A stretch of DNA of 64,000 bases from positions 224,001 through 288,000 of the forward strand of contig CAWBQK010000009.1 of the NCBI GenBank assembly GCA_963791045.1, written 5' to 3'. Positions 21,919-33,688 of the stretch are shown piece by piece (within the stretch, counting starts at the first letter, position 1; each line of letters opens with the position of its first letter). The position numbers and the translations under genes are program-made. Source of the stretch: Candidatus Latescibacterota bacterium. GTDB taxonomy: Bacteria; Krumholzibacteriota; Krumholzibacteriia; WVZY01. The notes beneath the pieces were generated by a model. That model searched no databases. It saw nothing but the letters and a program-made list of their open reading frames with translations, and had not been told where the DNA came from.

Positions 21919-23562
21919 ATGAATAAATCTCTTTCAATACTCGTTCTTCTTTTTGTCCTCGTGTATATGCTCCCCCTGGGTGCGCGGCTGTTTATTATCC
22001 CCGACGAAACCCGTTACGCTGAAATCCCGCGAGAAATGCTCGTGTCGGGAGACTGGATGTCTCCGCGTCTTGCGGGGGTCCGCTACTTCGAAAAACCCGT
22101 TCTCGGTTACTGGATGAACGCCGCGTCGATGGTGGTTTTGGGGGACAACCGATTCGCGGCGCGCCTGCCGTCCGTGTTGTCGGTTGGTCTGACGGCGCTT
22201 CTACTCCTCTTGTTCACAAGGCGTTTCACGGGCGACAGATTTGCCGGACCGCTCGCCGCGGCGGCGTTCCTGACGTGCCCGATGGTGTTTGCATTCGGAG
22301 TGTTCAATATTCTCGACAATGCGTTGACGTTGTACCTGACCGCCGCAATGGTGGCTTTCTTCTGTGCGCATACGGCCGACACGCGCCGTTCTCGATTAAT
22401 ATTCCTCGCCCTTTTTGGCGTGTCGTGCGCCGCCGCGTTTCTCACCAAGGGGTTTCTCGCATTTGCCATCCCCGTGGTTTCCATAATTCCCTTTATGTTG
22501 TGGGAGCGCCGATGGCGCGAATTCCTCACAATGCCGTGGATTCCGATCCTTGCCGTTCTCGTCGTCGCAGCGCCGTGGGCCATCGCGATCCATCTGCGCG
22601 AGCCGACGTACTGGCATTATTTCTTCTGGGTGGAGCACATCAGACGTTTTATGTCCGAAGGCGCGCAGCACCCGGAACCGTTTCATTTCTTTATCCCGCA
22701 CATCGCGTGGGGAATCCTCCCATGGCTCGCGCTCATTCCCGCCGCGGTCATGGGCTTCAATCGAGAGGACTTCAAGACGGCGCCGGTTCGGTTCGCCTTG
22801 TGCTGGTTTTTGTTTCCGTTTCTCTTCTTTTCGATGTCCGAGGGAAAAATCGCCACGTACATCCTGCCGTGTTTCCCGCCGCTCATTTTTCTCATCACGG
22901 TGGGGATCGTCGGATATATAGATAGCTGTCGGCGAAAAATGATCACCGCGGGGGTGTCCCTGCTCGCCTTATTGACCGGGGGCGCGGCGGTGGTCTTGCT
23001 TCTCAGCCAGTACACGGATTTCATGGGATTCAAGATTTACGAAGATCAGGAAGCGTCGAAGATTCTGATTCTCGGAGGTGGGATACTCGCGTGGGCGTTG
23101 ATCCTCCTGTCCGCACTCCGAGCCGGGACCACCCGGCGGGCGGTTGTGCTGTTTTGCGCCGCACCGGTGGTGGTGATGTTCGGCATGCACTTCATCTTCC
23201 CCATCGAGTTCGAAGGCAAAAAGATGCCGGGACGCTTTCTGGAGTCGAACGCCGGCCGGATCGGACCCCGGACGATCATCATCTCCGAAGGCGAACTTGC
23301 CGTCGCGGCATGCTACTACTACAAACGCGACGATGTTTATCTGTACAGGGGAAAGGGCGAACTCGCATGGGGGCTCGATTATGAAGACGCCGACGGACGC
23401 TTTCTGAGTGATGAAGATCTTCGCGAGCTCTTCGACACGTATCGCGGCGCAAGCCGGATCGTCCTCGTGGTCCGACGCGGCCACTACGAGGAGTACCGCG
23501 ACAAGTTCCCGCCTCCGGTCTACGAAGACACCTTCGGCCGCTTCACATTCGTAGAGTTCTAA
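21919..23562 (+). CDS. arnT: Lipid A 4-amino-4-deoxy-L-arabinose transferase
   Basis: PDETRYAEIPREM, RYFEKP, FLTKGFLA, YFFWVEHI, YILPCF; multi-TM. Confidence 0.92.
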   Translation: MNKSLSILVLLFVLVYMLPLGARLFIIPDETRYAEIPREMLVSGDWMSPRLAGVRYFEKPVLGYWMNAASMVVLGDNRFAARLPSVLSVGLTALLLLLFTRRFTGDRFAGPLAAAAFLTCPMVFAFGVFNILDNALTLYLTAAMVAFFCAHTADTRRSRLIFLALFGVSCAAAFLTKGFLAFAIPVVSIIPFMLWERRWREFLTMPWIPILAVLVVAAPWAIAIHLREPTYWHYFFWVEHIRRFMSEGAQHPEPFHFFIPHIAWGILPWLALIPAAVMGFNREDFKTAPVRFALCWFLFPFLFFSMSEGKIATYILPCFPPLIFLITVGIVGYIDSCRRKMITAGVSLLALLTGGAAVVLLLSQYTDFMGFKIYEDQEASKILILGGGILAWALILLSALRAGTTRRAVVLFCAAPVVVMFGMHFIFPIEFEGKKMPGRFLESNAGRIGPRTIIISEGELAVAACYYYKRDDVYLYRGKGELAWGLDYEDADGRFLSDEDLRELFDTYRGASRIVLVVRRGHYEEYRDKFPPPVYEDTFGRFTFVEF

Positions 23563-23605
23563 ACCGGCTGACGCGCTGATGACCCGGTACGGGTCCTGTC
23601 GCCGA

Positions 23606-25432
23606 TTATTCCGCGTCGATCACGTCTTCGAGTGTGTCCGCCGTGGCTGCGTTGACGAGCCACTTCTCAAGCGTGGCCGGCGTCTCGGTCTCGAGTATCT
23701 TCGTCCGGGCCGCGGCGTCCACGGCGATTCCCCGTGCGTCGAGCAGCGAGAGCAGGCTCTCGGCCGTCTTCTTCGCTTTTTCTTTCGTGGCGGCCTCCGC
23801 GGCGCGTTCGCCCGAAAGCTGGTGGACCTTCAACTGATCGCCGGTCGCGGCGGCGACCTTTTCATACCACTCTTTCGGATAGCCCGGGTGCGTGACCTCT
23901 CCGTGCTCATCCTTCACATTCCCGTCGAGATACTTATAGAGAAGGAATTTTCCAAGTTCCCGCCACCGCTCAACCACGGCATCGCCCGTCCGCGTGCTGT
24001 AATCGGTCAGATAATCGCACGCGAGCTGCGGCGACTTTTCGTGGAGCGCCAGGGCGGCGGAGTCGATTCCCCGAACCTCGGCGATAAACTTGTTTTCCAG
24101 CTCGCTCTGAACAAGCTGGACGTCTTTTATCATGTCGCTGTACCGGAGATACGTAAAGTTCGACACATAATTGAAAACCCAAAAAGCCGATTCCCACGTG
24201 ACATGGTCGAAGTCGCCCGTCCCCACTGCATAGCTCTTCGGCACGTCCGTCGAACCGCAGTACATAGGGAAATAGACCGTGCTGTACGCGTCATCGACAC
24301 TGAACCAAAAAATCCCGCCGATCGGATCGGGGAGCCACGAACGCGCCTGCGCGACAAACGAAAAACCCGTTTGCTGTGTTGACGTCGCACGTTCGTTGAG
24401 GAAGCTGCCGTCCCCCGCCTTCCACGTCAGCGGCCGCCAGCGGTACGGAAGTTCAAACGGACCGGCGCCGATGTCCTGCGTCATATCGAGCGGCGTTCCC
24501 TCGAAGTGGTCCCTCATGAACGACATGATGTCGGCGACGGTGAGTTTGCGGTCTGGCTTGATCCACAGCGGGATCGGCTCGGCATCCTCTTCCACACCGA
24601 GCGACCAATTGATGGGAAGCTCAAGCGACGGAGCGGCGCGGTTGAACATGCACCACACACGCGCATCGCAAAAACGCCGGGACCCAAAACGCGGCGGGTT
24701 GTATACCTCGGCGAAATTGAAATCCTCGTCGCTGCCTTCGTAGAATCCCATGTCGCGCGCAAACGAGATAACGTCCGGAGCATAAAGCGTGTTTTTGTCC
24801 TTTTTGGGAAACTGCGTGATCCGCGCGGCATTGGCGTGAGCTGCAATGTACCCATCGGGCACCCGGCGCGCGACCCAAACGGCGCCCTTGTTTCCGGGTC
24901 CCTTACCGATCATGTCCATGATCCACACTTCGTTGGCATCAGCGACTGAGAAGGTCTCACCCGAGCTGTAGTACCCGTACTCCGCAACGAGTTTTCCCAT
25001 GATCTCGACGGCCTCGCGGGCCGTCTTTGCGCGTTGGAGTGTGATGTACATCAGGCTGCCGTAATCGACGATCGCGTCGGGGTCGTGCAGCTCGTGCCGC
25101 CCGCCCCACGTGGTTTCACCGATCGAGACCTGGTGCTCGTTCATGTTTCCGACAACGGTATACGTCTCCTCCACCTGGGCGATCTGTCCGAGATGAGTAC
25201 CCGTATCCCACTCGTAGACGTCGAGCATCGCCCCAGGGGGGTGAATCCGCGCGGGCGTATAATAAAGCTCACCGTAGAGCACATGCGAGTCGGCCGCATA
25301 CGTGATCATGGTTGATCCGTCGGCGCTTGCGCCTTTCGTTATCAAAAAGTTGGTGCACGCCAGAACCGCCGGCGCGGCGGCGACGAGCGCCGCTACAAAG
25401 ATGGCTGTGAAAGCAATAACGGCCTTTTTCAT
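23606..25432 (-). CDS. Peptidase family C69 (dipeptidase/secernin-like), secreted, with extra C-terminal helical domain
   Basis: Signal peptide followed by the catalytic Cys in ACTNFLITKGASADGS; MNEHQVSIGETT; HANAARI; NERATSTQQTGF. Confidence 0.9.
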   Translation of the reverse strand: MKKAVIAFTAIFVAALVAAAPAVLACTNFLITKGASADGSTMITYAADSHVLYGELYYTPARIHPPGAMLDVYEWDTGTHLGQIAQVEETYTVVGNMNEHQVSIGETTWGGRHELHDPDAIVDYGSLMYITLQRAKTAREAVEIMGKLVAEYGYYSSGETFSVADANEVWIMDMIGKGPGNKGAVWVARRVPDGYIAAHANAARITQFPKKDKNTLYAPDVISFARDMGFYEGSDEDFNFAEVYNPPRFGSRRFCDARVWCMFNRAAPSLELPINWSLGVEEDAEPIPLWIKPDRKLTVADIMSFMRDHFEGTPLDMTQDIGAGPFELPYRWRPLTWKAGDGSFLNERATSTQQTGFSFVAQARSWLPDPIGGIFWFSVDDAYSTVYFPMYCGSTDVPKSYAVGTGDFDHVTWESAFWVFNYVSNFTYLRYSDMIKDVQLVQSELENKFIAEVRGIDSAALALHEKSPQLACDYLTDYSTRTGDAVVERWRELGKFLLYKYLDGNVKDEHGEVTHPGYPKEWYEKVAAATGDQLKVHQLSGERAAEAATKEKAKKTAESLLSLLDARGIAVDAAARTKILETETPATLEKWLVNAATADTLEDVIDAE

Positions 25433-25742
25433 AATAGCTGCAAAACTCCCGCGTGTGCGCGCCGGCTGCCGCCGCCGCGTCGTGACAGAACACCCTGTTT
25501 CAAATATGGTTTTGTGTGTGGCTGACGATTCTACAGTCAAAACACCCGATTTTCCAGCGCGAATCATTCTCACCATCGGTTCGGTCTTTGGCCTGCCCGC
25601 TGGAGCGCAATCGTGAGCGCCTGCCACTATTGAAGTTAACTTTGAATCCCAAGCACGGATATGATACACTTATATAAGGAGTGCAGCTCAGGCAACCGCA
25701 GCGGATCTGTATTCTACATTTGTCAAACCCGGGGGGGGCGTC

Positions 25743-28700
25743 ATGACGCGCAAACGGATCGGACTGCTCGTACTGGTCGGTTCTCTGCTTCTTCTCCTTG
25801 TTGTTCCTCTATCACACGCAATCACAAACTCATACTTTGAAGATTTCACCACGACGGCCAAAAAAGATGGCGACTTCACCGACGCGTGGTGGGACACGGC
25901 GACCGGCAAACTCAAATTGAGGTCTTTCAACTCGTCGCTCGTCGGGTACTACATTACGTCGGAAAATGCGCTGGGCATCGACGTCGATGGGGATTACGCC
26001 TATGTCGCCGCGGGGAGTGAAGGGCTCATCGTGTTCGATATCACCACGAATACTCCTGGGCCGGGATACATCGGCGCGTACGACACGCCGGGGTCGGCCT
26101 GGGGCGTGAAAGCGGATGGAGACCTGGTTTACGTGGCGGATCTCAATACGGGGCTCATGGTAATCGATGTGACCGACCCGTCGACGCCGACACTGTACGG
26201 CAGCTACGACACGCCGGGATGGGCGCGCGACGTCGTTCTCGACGGCAAGTACGCATACGTCGCCGATGGAACCGACGGTGGAATCCAGGTTATCGACGTG
26301 AGCGACCCGTCGACGCCGGTCGGGATGGGAAGCTATAACACACCGGGGGAAGCGATCAGTGTCGACGTCAAAGGCCATTACGCGTACATCGCCGACCGCG
26401 GCTCGGGTCTTGTCGTGGTGGATATCGCGAACAAATCATGGCCGATACTTGCTGATTTCTATGATACGACCGGCGACTGCTGGGGCGTCGCCGTGTCCGG
26501 TGACTACGCATTCACTGGCAACGCGTTGCAGGGAATCCGCGTCTTCGACATCAGCAATCCACTCGACATCGGATATGTCACGACAATCACCCCGGCGGGA
26601 TCCCACCGGCGGTTGTCCGTCCAGGGGGATTACCTTTACGCCGCCGCGTACGGACAGCTCTACACTATTGATATCAACGACCCGTCCCTCCCCGTTGTCG
26701 TCGGCTCGTACACGTCCATGTATATCGCGACGACCGCTGTCGTCGACGGAGAACACGCATACGTGGCGGATGGGTCCGGGGGACTGAGGGTCCTCGATGT
26801 AAACGAATCGTTTCCGCCCTTCCGTATCGCGGAGCGAGCATCGACGGGCAGTTGCGAAGCGGTTCATGCCGAGGGCGACCTGTTGTACATGGTTCAATCA
26901 AGCGGCGCCACGCCGTTCAAGGTATTTGATATTCGCTTTCCCGACGGCCCCACTGAGATCGGGAGTTGTGATGTGGGCGGGTACGATTTGTTCGTGGCAG
27001 GCGACCTCGCTTACACAGCGGATGGGTCGTCCGGCCTCCAGATTGTAGACATTTCAGATCCTGTCAACCCGGTCGCGATCGGAAATTACAATACATCCGA
27101 CAACGCCACAGGCGTAGCCGTTCATGGGAATTATGCGTATGTCGCTGAAAACTTCGCGGGACTCCGGGTGATCGATGTTTCGGATCCGATGAATCCAAGC
27201 GTGGTCGGTACCTACAACACGCCTGACCGCGCAACTGACGTCGTGGTCAAAGGAAATCTCGCGTACGTCGCCGATGGGAGCAGCGGCCTCCAGATCATTG
27301 ACATATCGACACCGTCCAGCCCGACGCTGGTCGGATCGTACGATACGCCTGGGTTCGCGGTCGAACTCGCCGTCGCCGGAAACCTCGTGCTTGTCGCCGA
27401 CTCTGACGATGGACTGGCCGTCATCAAGGTATTGAATCCATCGGTTCCTCAACATCTTGCACAGATGTCCACGCCCGCGTGGGCGGTCTCGGTGGTAATT
27501 TCCGGCAACTACGCGTTTGTCGGAACTGGGGCGAGTGTTCAGCGGGTGGATATCCAAAACCCATCTTTTCCGACGCCTGTTGACGACGCGCCGGTCGATG
27601 ACTATGCGCGCGGACTGTGCGTATTCGGAGATTATATTTTTGTTGCGGACGCGGACGACGGACTCAAAACGTTCCGTGCTTTCCACCACAAATTCACAAA
27701 TGCCAACAGCGCCCGGTCGTACCCGGTCAACGATACGGACGATACAATCGTCCGTGCGCGGCTGACCACGACAGAGATCGAAATCATCGACTGGGAGTTG
27801 TCCTCCGACGGCGGCGGTCACTTCGAGTCGGCAGACCCCGGGGAATGGGTACGTTTTTCGTCGCCGGGCGCAAGCCTCGCCTGGCGCTCGACGCTCTTCC
27901 CGAAAGGCATGGGAACCCCCTATTGTTCGGAACTCACCCTCGATTGGCTCTACGAATTCCCCGCGATCGAGTACGTCGAAGACGTGCCCGATGATGAGGG
28001 AGGGACGGTCAAACTGAAATTTGCGCCATCGGGTTACGATTTTGCCGACGAAACCGAACACCCAATCGATGAGTACATCGTGTGGCGGCGAGTGTTGGAA
28101 ACAAGCACGGGGATCGAAACTTCATCGGCAAAAGAAAACCCCGCGTTCTTCGCGGAAATGCCGCCGGGAACCTGGGAAGAACAAATTACAATCACGGCCT
28201 CCAACGCCGCGGGACACATCTCGTATCTGAACACGGCGGTTGATCTCGGCGCCCCCGGCGCCGCCCCATCGGTCTTTGTCGTGTCCGCCCACACCGCGGA
28301 ACCTTCGACGTGGTGGGTAAGTCCGCCGGAGAGCGCGTATTCCGTCGACAATATCGCCCCGGCCGCTCCAACCAATTTCTCGGTAACGTACAACACACCC
28401 AAAGGCAACCACCTTCACTTCAGCCGGAGCGTGTCGCCAGACGTCCATTACCATGCGGTCTACCGTGGCGAGACCGAGGATTTCTCGATCGACGGACTCA
28501 CTCCCGTGACCAAACGAGGAGGCACGAACTGGGACGACCCGATCCTGGAAGGTTGGCGGTACCATTACAAAATCACCGCCGTCGACATTGCGGGCAACGA
28601 GAGCGACGCCGTCATGCCGGGGACCGTATCGGGAATCGACACTCCGGTTAACCCTGAGCATTTCGCTCTCCACGCCAACACGCCGAATCCGTTCAACCCG

Positions 28701-28937
28701 TCAACGGTCATCCACTATGATGTTCCCGCCGGCGGCGGACACGTGACAATCAAGGTGTATGACGTGACCGGACGATTTGTGCGATCGCTCGTCGCCGAGC
28801 ATCGCCCGGCGGGCACACACGAAATCGAGTGGGATGGAAACGACGGCAGCGGCGTAATGACATCAAGCGGTGTTTATTTTTGTCGTCTCGAAGCACGCGG
28901 AATCGTCCAGACGAGACGCATGGTTCTCTTAAAATAG
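25743..28937 (+). CDS. LVIVD-repeat secreted protein with Fn3-like and C-terminal FlgD/T9SS-like domain
   Basis: More than 10 repeats of G.YAYVAD..GL.V.D.SDP..P..VGSYDTPG; ends ANTPNPFNPSTVI...TRRMVLLK. Confidence 0.88.
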   Translation: MTRKRIGLLVLVGSLLLLLVVPLSHAITNSYFEDFTTTAKKDGDFTDAWWDTATGKLKLRSFNSSLVGYYITSENALGIDVDGDYAYVAAGSEGLIVFDITTNTPGPGYIGAYDTPGSAWGVKADGDLVYVADLNTGLMVIDVTDPSTPTLYGSYDTPGWARDVVLDGKYAYVADGTDGGIQVIDVSDPSTPVGMGSYNTPGEAISVDVKGHYAYIADRGSGLVVVDIANKSWPILADFYDTTGDCWGVAVSGDYAFTGNALQGIRVFDISNPLDIGYVTTITPAGSHRRLSVQGDYLYAAAYGQLYTIDINDPSLPVVVGSYTSMYIATTAVVDGEHAYVADGSGGLRVLDVNESFPPFRIAERASTGSCEAVHAEGDLLYMVQSSGATPFKVFDIRFPDGPTEIGSCDVGGYDLFVAGDLAYTADGSSGLQIVDISDPVNPVAIGNYNTSDNATGVAVHGNYAYVAENFAGLRVIDVSDPMNPSVVGTYNTPDRATDVVVKGNLAYVADGSSGLQIIDISTPSSPTLVGSYDTPGFAVELAVAGNLVLVADSDDGLAVIKVLNPSVPQHLAQMSTPAWAVSVVISGNYAFVGTGASVQRVDIQNPSFPTPVDDAPVDDYARGLCVFGDYIFVADADDGLKTFRAFHHKFTNANSARSYPVNDTDDTIVRARLTTTEIEIIDWELSSDGGGHFESADPGEWVRFSSPGASLAWRSTLFPKGMGTPYCSELTLDWLYEFPAIEYVEDVPDDEGGTVKLKFAPSGYDFADETEHPIDEYIVWRRVLETSTGIETSSAKENPAFFAEMPPGTWEEQITITASNAAGHISYLNTAVDLGAPGAAPSVFVVSAHTAEPSTWWVSPPESAYSVDNIAPAAPTNFSVTYNTPKGNHLHFSRSVSPDVHYHAVYRGETEDFSIDGLTPVTKRGGTNWDDPILEGWRYHYKITAVDIAGNESDAVMPGTVSGIDTPVNPEHFALHANTPNPFNPSTVIHYDVPAGGGHVTIKVYDVTGRFVRSLVAEHRPAGTHEIEWDGNDGSGVMTSSGVYFCRLEARGIVQTRRMVLLK

Positions 28938-29145
28938 CGAATCGGCGGTAAACAATACCGCGCTCGACTCCTCCCCTTGCGAGCCCAGGGCTTGCTTGCT
29001 ATCAAACGGCCATTGTTTGACACGACGATCGAATCGGTGTTAGATTCACTCGATCTTGTAAACTCTATTACTATCAAATGCTTCCGCCTGCGCCGCTCCA
29101 TTCGAACCACCAATGGAGACTGGCGACGGGTTTTGAAAGCACAAA

Positions 29146-31667
29146 ATGGACGCCGATTACTCCATAGAAATCCAAAACCGTCTCGCGGGCGAAGTCCGAA
29201 AGGCCGAACTTCACCGCCCGCCGCGGGTGAGCAAATACGAACCCGGAACGGAACTCGTCTACGACGTCACGGCGCTCGATACGGGGCTAACCGGCCGCGC
29301 GCGGCTCGTCATCGAAAAGTTTGTCGGCGGCGGATTCGCCGGGCAGGTGTACCGGGTAAAGGTCCTGGCTATCGAGGCGAACGGTGGGACGGTCGGGGCG
29401 CCCCTCGGCGGACTCGAAATCGGCGCCGTCTACGCGATGAAGATCCTCATTCCGCCTTCCGGGTTTTCGCGCATCTTCCGCAATGTTCTCTACCGGATCG
29501 GCTTCCAGGGACCATTCCAGCTCCAGGTAAACCCCACGGCCGCGCGCGCCGGCGCACTGTGGCAGAAGTTCATCCGCCGCGCCGCCTCGCGCCGTTTCGG
29601 CGACGACGGATCGGTCAACGACATCCACGCGACCTTTGTCGATCACACCATGGGAAGCTGCGGCGAATTGAGCGACTGGGTCGACGGGAGGACATGGCGC
29701 CTCGAAGTCGATGACCGTCTCGATCTGCTTCGAAAATGGCTGCAGGCGAAAACCGGTAGACGAAGCGGCCGTCGGCTCGCCCGAATTCCGCGCCAAACGA
29801 GTGTTCATGCGCACCTTTGTCGACCTCCTCCACGAGATGGGCGGACACGAGTTCGCCCGCCAGTACGAGTGGACGACATGGAAGAGCCAGCCAAACTGCC
29901 TGAAGAGAAACGACGCCGACGACAACCCGGCGGAAGGGCTCGTCGCCGTCGATTTCCGCGCGGGACTCGCACTGCTGCCGTTCCTTCCGATGAGCCCCGG
30001 TGATTTCAAACTCATATTCCAGGGAATCGGCCGCGGGAGCCTCGTCCAGTTCGACCGCGGCGATACGGCCAGGCTCGAACGGTATGTCGACGCGCACGCG
30101 GAAGATTTCAAAGACATGCGAGCGATGCTCGATGAGCTCAAAAAGGACGAAGAGGTATACAGAAACTCGATCCCCGACATCACGCACAACCACGTTCGTC
30201 TTCTTTACAGCCGGACGTTGTGGTCGACTATTTTTTCGAGCGCCGTCACCGGCTGGGCCGTCACGAATCTCGTCGGCAAAAACGCAGAGGCGCGGCTGCG
30301 CAAGAGCGGCCTGCTCACATTTCTCTTTGGTCTCATTGGAATCATCCCGTTTCTTGGGAACGTTCATCCGGCGAATATGGGGCCAGGACTACTGGCGAAA
30401 GCACTACGCGGCCTTGTTTTCGAGCCCCGCTTACTTCAGACGGGCCGTCCGCGCGAGGCTGCTTGAAAAAACTATGGGCTGGCACAGGGCGGGGAGACTG
30501 AGCGACGGAAATGCGGACAGGGCCTCGCGCGGCTTATGGCGGATCGGGTTACAACTTCCGTTCTCGATACTCCCCGCTCGGCTTCATCGATTTCTTACCG
30601 ATGGGGAATATGCGAGGGATCGACTCGGCTATTATCTTCTTCGACCGGTCCGGTTGTATTTTAAAGCGGATCTCCGCGAACAGTGGCTCCGCGACATGGT
30701 CACCGACGGCAAGAAGGAACACCTTCTTAGCAACGACGATGCCAATGTGATCCTTTCGCGGATCGACGAACCGTTTATTCAAAAATATCTCAAGAGCCTC
30801 GCCGTTCATGTGTGCACGCTCCCCGTCACACAGATCGTCTCGGTTCTCATCGCCGTCATCTATGTGCTGACGCACCCCGACATGCCGCGGGCCCAGGCGT
30901 ACAGTATCGGTGTGGGGATCATCGCACTCTTCCAGGTTGTCCCAATCTCGCCGGGATCGCTGGCGCGCGGTCTTTACGTGGTGTATCTCGTCATTCGCGA
31001 GAGGAATTTCAAGGATTACAATATTGCCGTCTTTCTCTCGTTCTTCAAATATGTGGGGTACCTCGCGTTTCCGATCCAGATGGCGTATCGCTACCCCACA
31101 CTGGCCCGTTTTATGGCGGCGCACTGGGCGACGGGTGCCGTCCACACGGTTCCTGTGTTTGGCGAGCGGGGCGCCCTCCTCGAACACTGGGTATTCAGCG
31201 CCTTCTACAACTGGCCGCTCACGATCCGGCGCCGAATGAGACGCCGGGCCGAACTGCGCGCGACACTGACGCCGCGATTCTGGCACGTGGTGCCAATCGG
31301 GATTTTGGGCGCGGGCCTGTTTGGGCTTGCCGATTATCTTTATCTCAACCAGGCCGGCACCATTCCCGCACTCAAGCAGGTTTGGTGGCTGGTGATAGTC
31401 GTCCCATTCGTCTGCGGATCACTGGTCACATTCGGGGCCGGCGGGGCGTCACTCACCCGGCGCGTGGGCGCCGCCGCCGTATGCGGGAGCCTGATTGGGA
31501 TTCTCTCCCTCCTCCCGCCGACGCTTCTCGGCGCAAATACACTCACCGGGGCGGGCGACCTGATTTCAAATGGTCTGTGGCGGGTCTTTCTTTTTGGACT
31601 CGTATCGACAGTCGGAGTTCTCCTCACAGAGCTGAGACTCCCCGAACCGGCGGATCCGGGGCGTTAA
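29146..31667 (+). CDS. Hypothetical protein with kinase-like N-terminal domain and multi-TM C-terminus; frameshifts near 29745 and 30360
   Basis: FVGGGFAGQVYRV, YAMKIL, WKSQPN, VAVDF; hydrophobic C-terminal segments; three overlapping ORFs join into one. Confidence 0.65.
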
Positions 31668-31802
31668 ACGGCGGCACCCGCTCCGCTTTCGCCTATTGCG
31701 CCGGGCAACCCGACGTAGTATCTTCTCGCATGGGTTCGCGTGTCGGATGCGAGCCCCATTTTATGCCCACAATCGATCATGTGCCCGAACAAGGACCCCC
31801 GA

Positions 31803-33630
31803 ATGCCGAATCAAAGACGAAGAAAAGACGTCCGCAATGTAGCCATCATCGCCCATGTCGACCACGGCAAAACCACACTCGTCGACGCGCTGCTCAAGCA
31901 AACGGGCGCATATGATTTTCGCGATGGCGAAACCACAATCATGGATTCCAATCCCCTCGAAAGAGAACGTGGGATTACCATTTTCTCGAAGAATGCGTCC
32001 TTCATCTGGCGGGATACGACGTTCAACATCGTGGACACACCGGGGCACGCCGACTTTGGTAGCGAGGTCGAACGTATTCTCAAGATGGTCGATGGTGTGC
32101 TGCTCCTCGTCGATGCGTTCGAAGGTCCGATGCCGCAAACAAAATTCGTCCTCAAGAAATCACTCGAGCTTCACCTGAAACCCATCGTCGTCATCAACAA
32201 ACTCGATCGCCCCAATTCCAGGCCGGCCGAAGTGGCCGACATGACGTTCGATCTTTTTTGCGAATTGAACGCGACCGACGAACAGCTCGACTTCCCCATC
32301 GTCTACGCATCGGGCAAAGACGGTTATGCAAAATTCGAAATCGAGGATGACAATACCGACATAACGCCGCTTCTTGACACAATGTTTCACCGGGTGCTTC
32401 CACCCGTCGGGGATATCGAGAATGATTTCCAGATGCTGGTTACAATGATCGATTACGACAACTATGTGGGGCGTATCGCCGTCGGAAGGATCTCTCACGG
32501 AACGATCAGAACCAATGAACCGGTGGTCCTGGTCAAGCGCGACGGCAAACATGAACGCGGCAAGGTCACGAAGATCTTGAAATACCGCGGACTTCTCCGC
32601 GTCGAAACGGATATCGCGATGGCCGGAGATATCGTCTCGATCGCCGGGATGGAAAACGCCAAAGTCGGCTCCACAATCGCCGCGCCGGAAAACCCCGAGC
32701 TCGTTCCCATGGTCAAAATCGATGAGCCGACGATCTCGATGAATTTCTCGCACAACACGAGCCCGCTGACCGGCAAAGACGGTGGACGCTTTCTCACATC
32801 ACGTCATATCCGCGAACGGCTCCAACACGAAGCAATGATAAACGTCGGAATCCGCGTCGAGGAGACTCAGGGCGGAGAACGTTTCAAAGTGTCGGGGCGC
32901 GGCGAACTCCATCTGTCGATCCTCATAGAAACGATGCGGCGCGAGGGGTACGAAGTCGAGGTATCGCGTCCCGAGGTGATTCTCAAGAAAGTCGACGACG
33001 ATGTGCTCGAACCCGTCGAAGAGGTGGTGATCGAGGTCGATCCCGATTTCCAGGGTCCGGTAATGCAGGCGATCGGGCGAGCGCAAGGGCGACATCGAGA
33101 ACATCACGGTAAGCACCGTCGGAACGGTGCGGATTGAGTTCTACATTGCGTCGCGCGCGCTCATCGGTTTCCGCGGCGAGTTTTTGATGATGACGCGGGG
33201 AACGGGGATCATGTACCAGAATTTCTACCAGTATCAAAAATACAAGGGTGAGCTGCCCAAGCGGAAGACAGGCGTAATGGTGTCGATGAGCCCCGGCAAT
33301 GCCGTTGCCTACGCACTTTGGGGACTGCAGGAACGCGGTGAGATTTTCGCCCACCCGGGCGACGCCCTTTACGAGGGAATGATCGTGGGCGTCAACAACA
33401 AGGGCAGCGACATGGTGGTCAATGCGATTAAAGGCAAAAAGCTCACAAATATTCGCGCCGCCAGCGCGGACGATGCCATCCAGTTGACGCCGCCGCGCGA
33501 GATGACCCTGGAGTTTGCTTTGGAGTTCATTGCCGACGACGAACTCGTCGAGGTCACGCCGAAGAATCTCCGGCTGCGCAAGATGAACCTCACTGAAAAC
33601 GCGCGGAAGCAGGCGGCAAAAGGCCGCTGA
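31803..33630 (+). CDS. typA: Translational GTPase TypA/BipA; frameshift near 33080
   Basis: [53 protein letters not shown]. Confidence 0.95.
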
Positions 33631-33688
33631 CAACCGTTCAATTCCACCTCGGGCCGGGGAGCCCCGGCCCACATACTACAGCTTAACT

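Noticed and set aside
25900-27700. Repeated DNA words (TACGACACGCCGGG and similar) as a CRISPR or tandem array
   Set aside because: They are degenerate coding repeats of the LVIVD protein, without constant repeats or unique spacers.
33060-33130. Programmed frameshift in typA
   Set aside because: No slippery sequence is evident and the same indel pattern occurs across unrelated genes.
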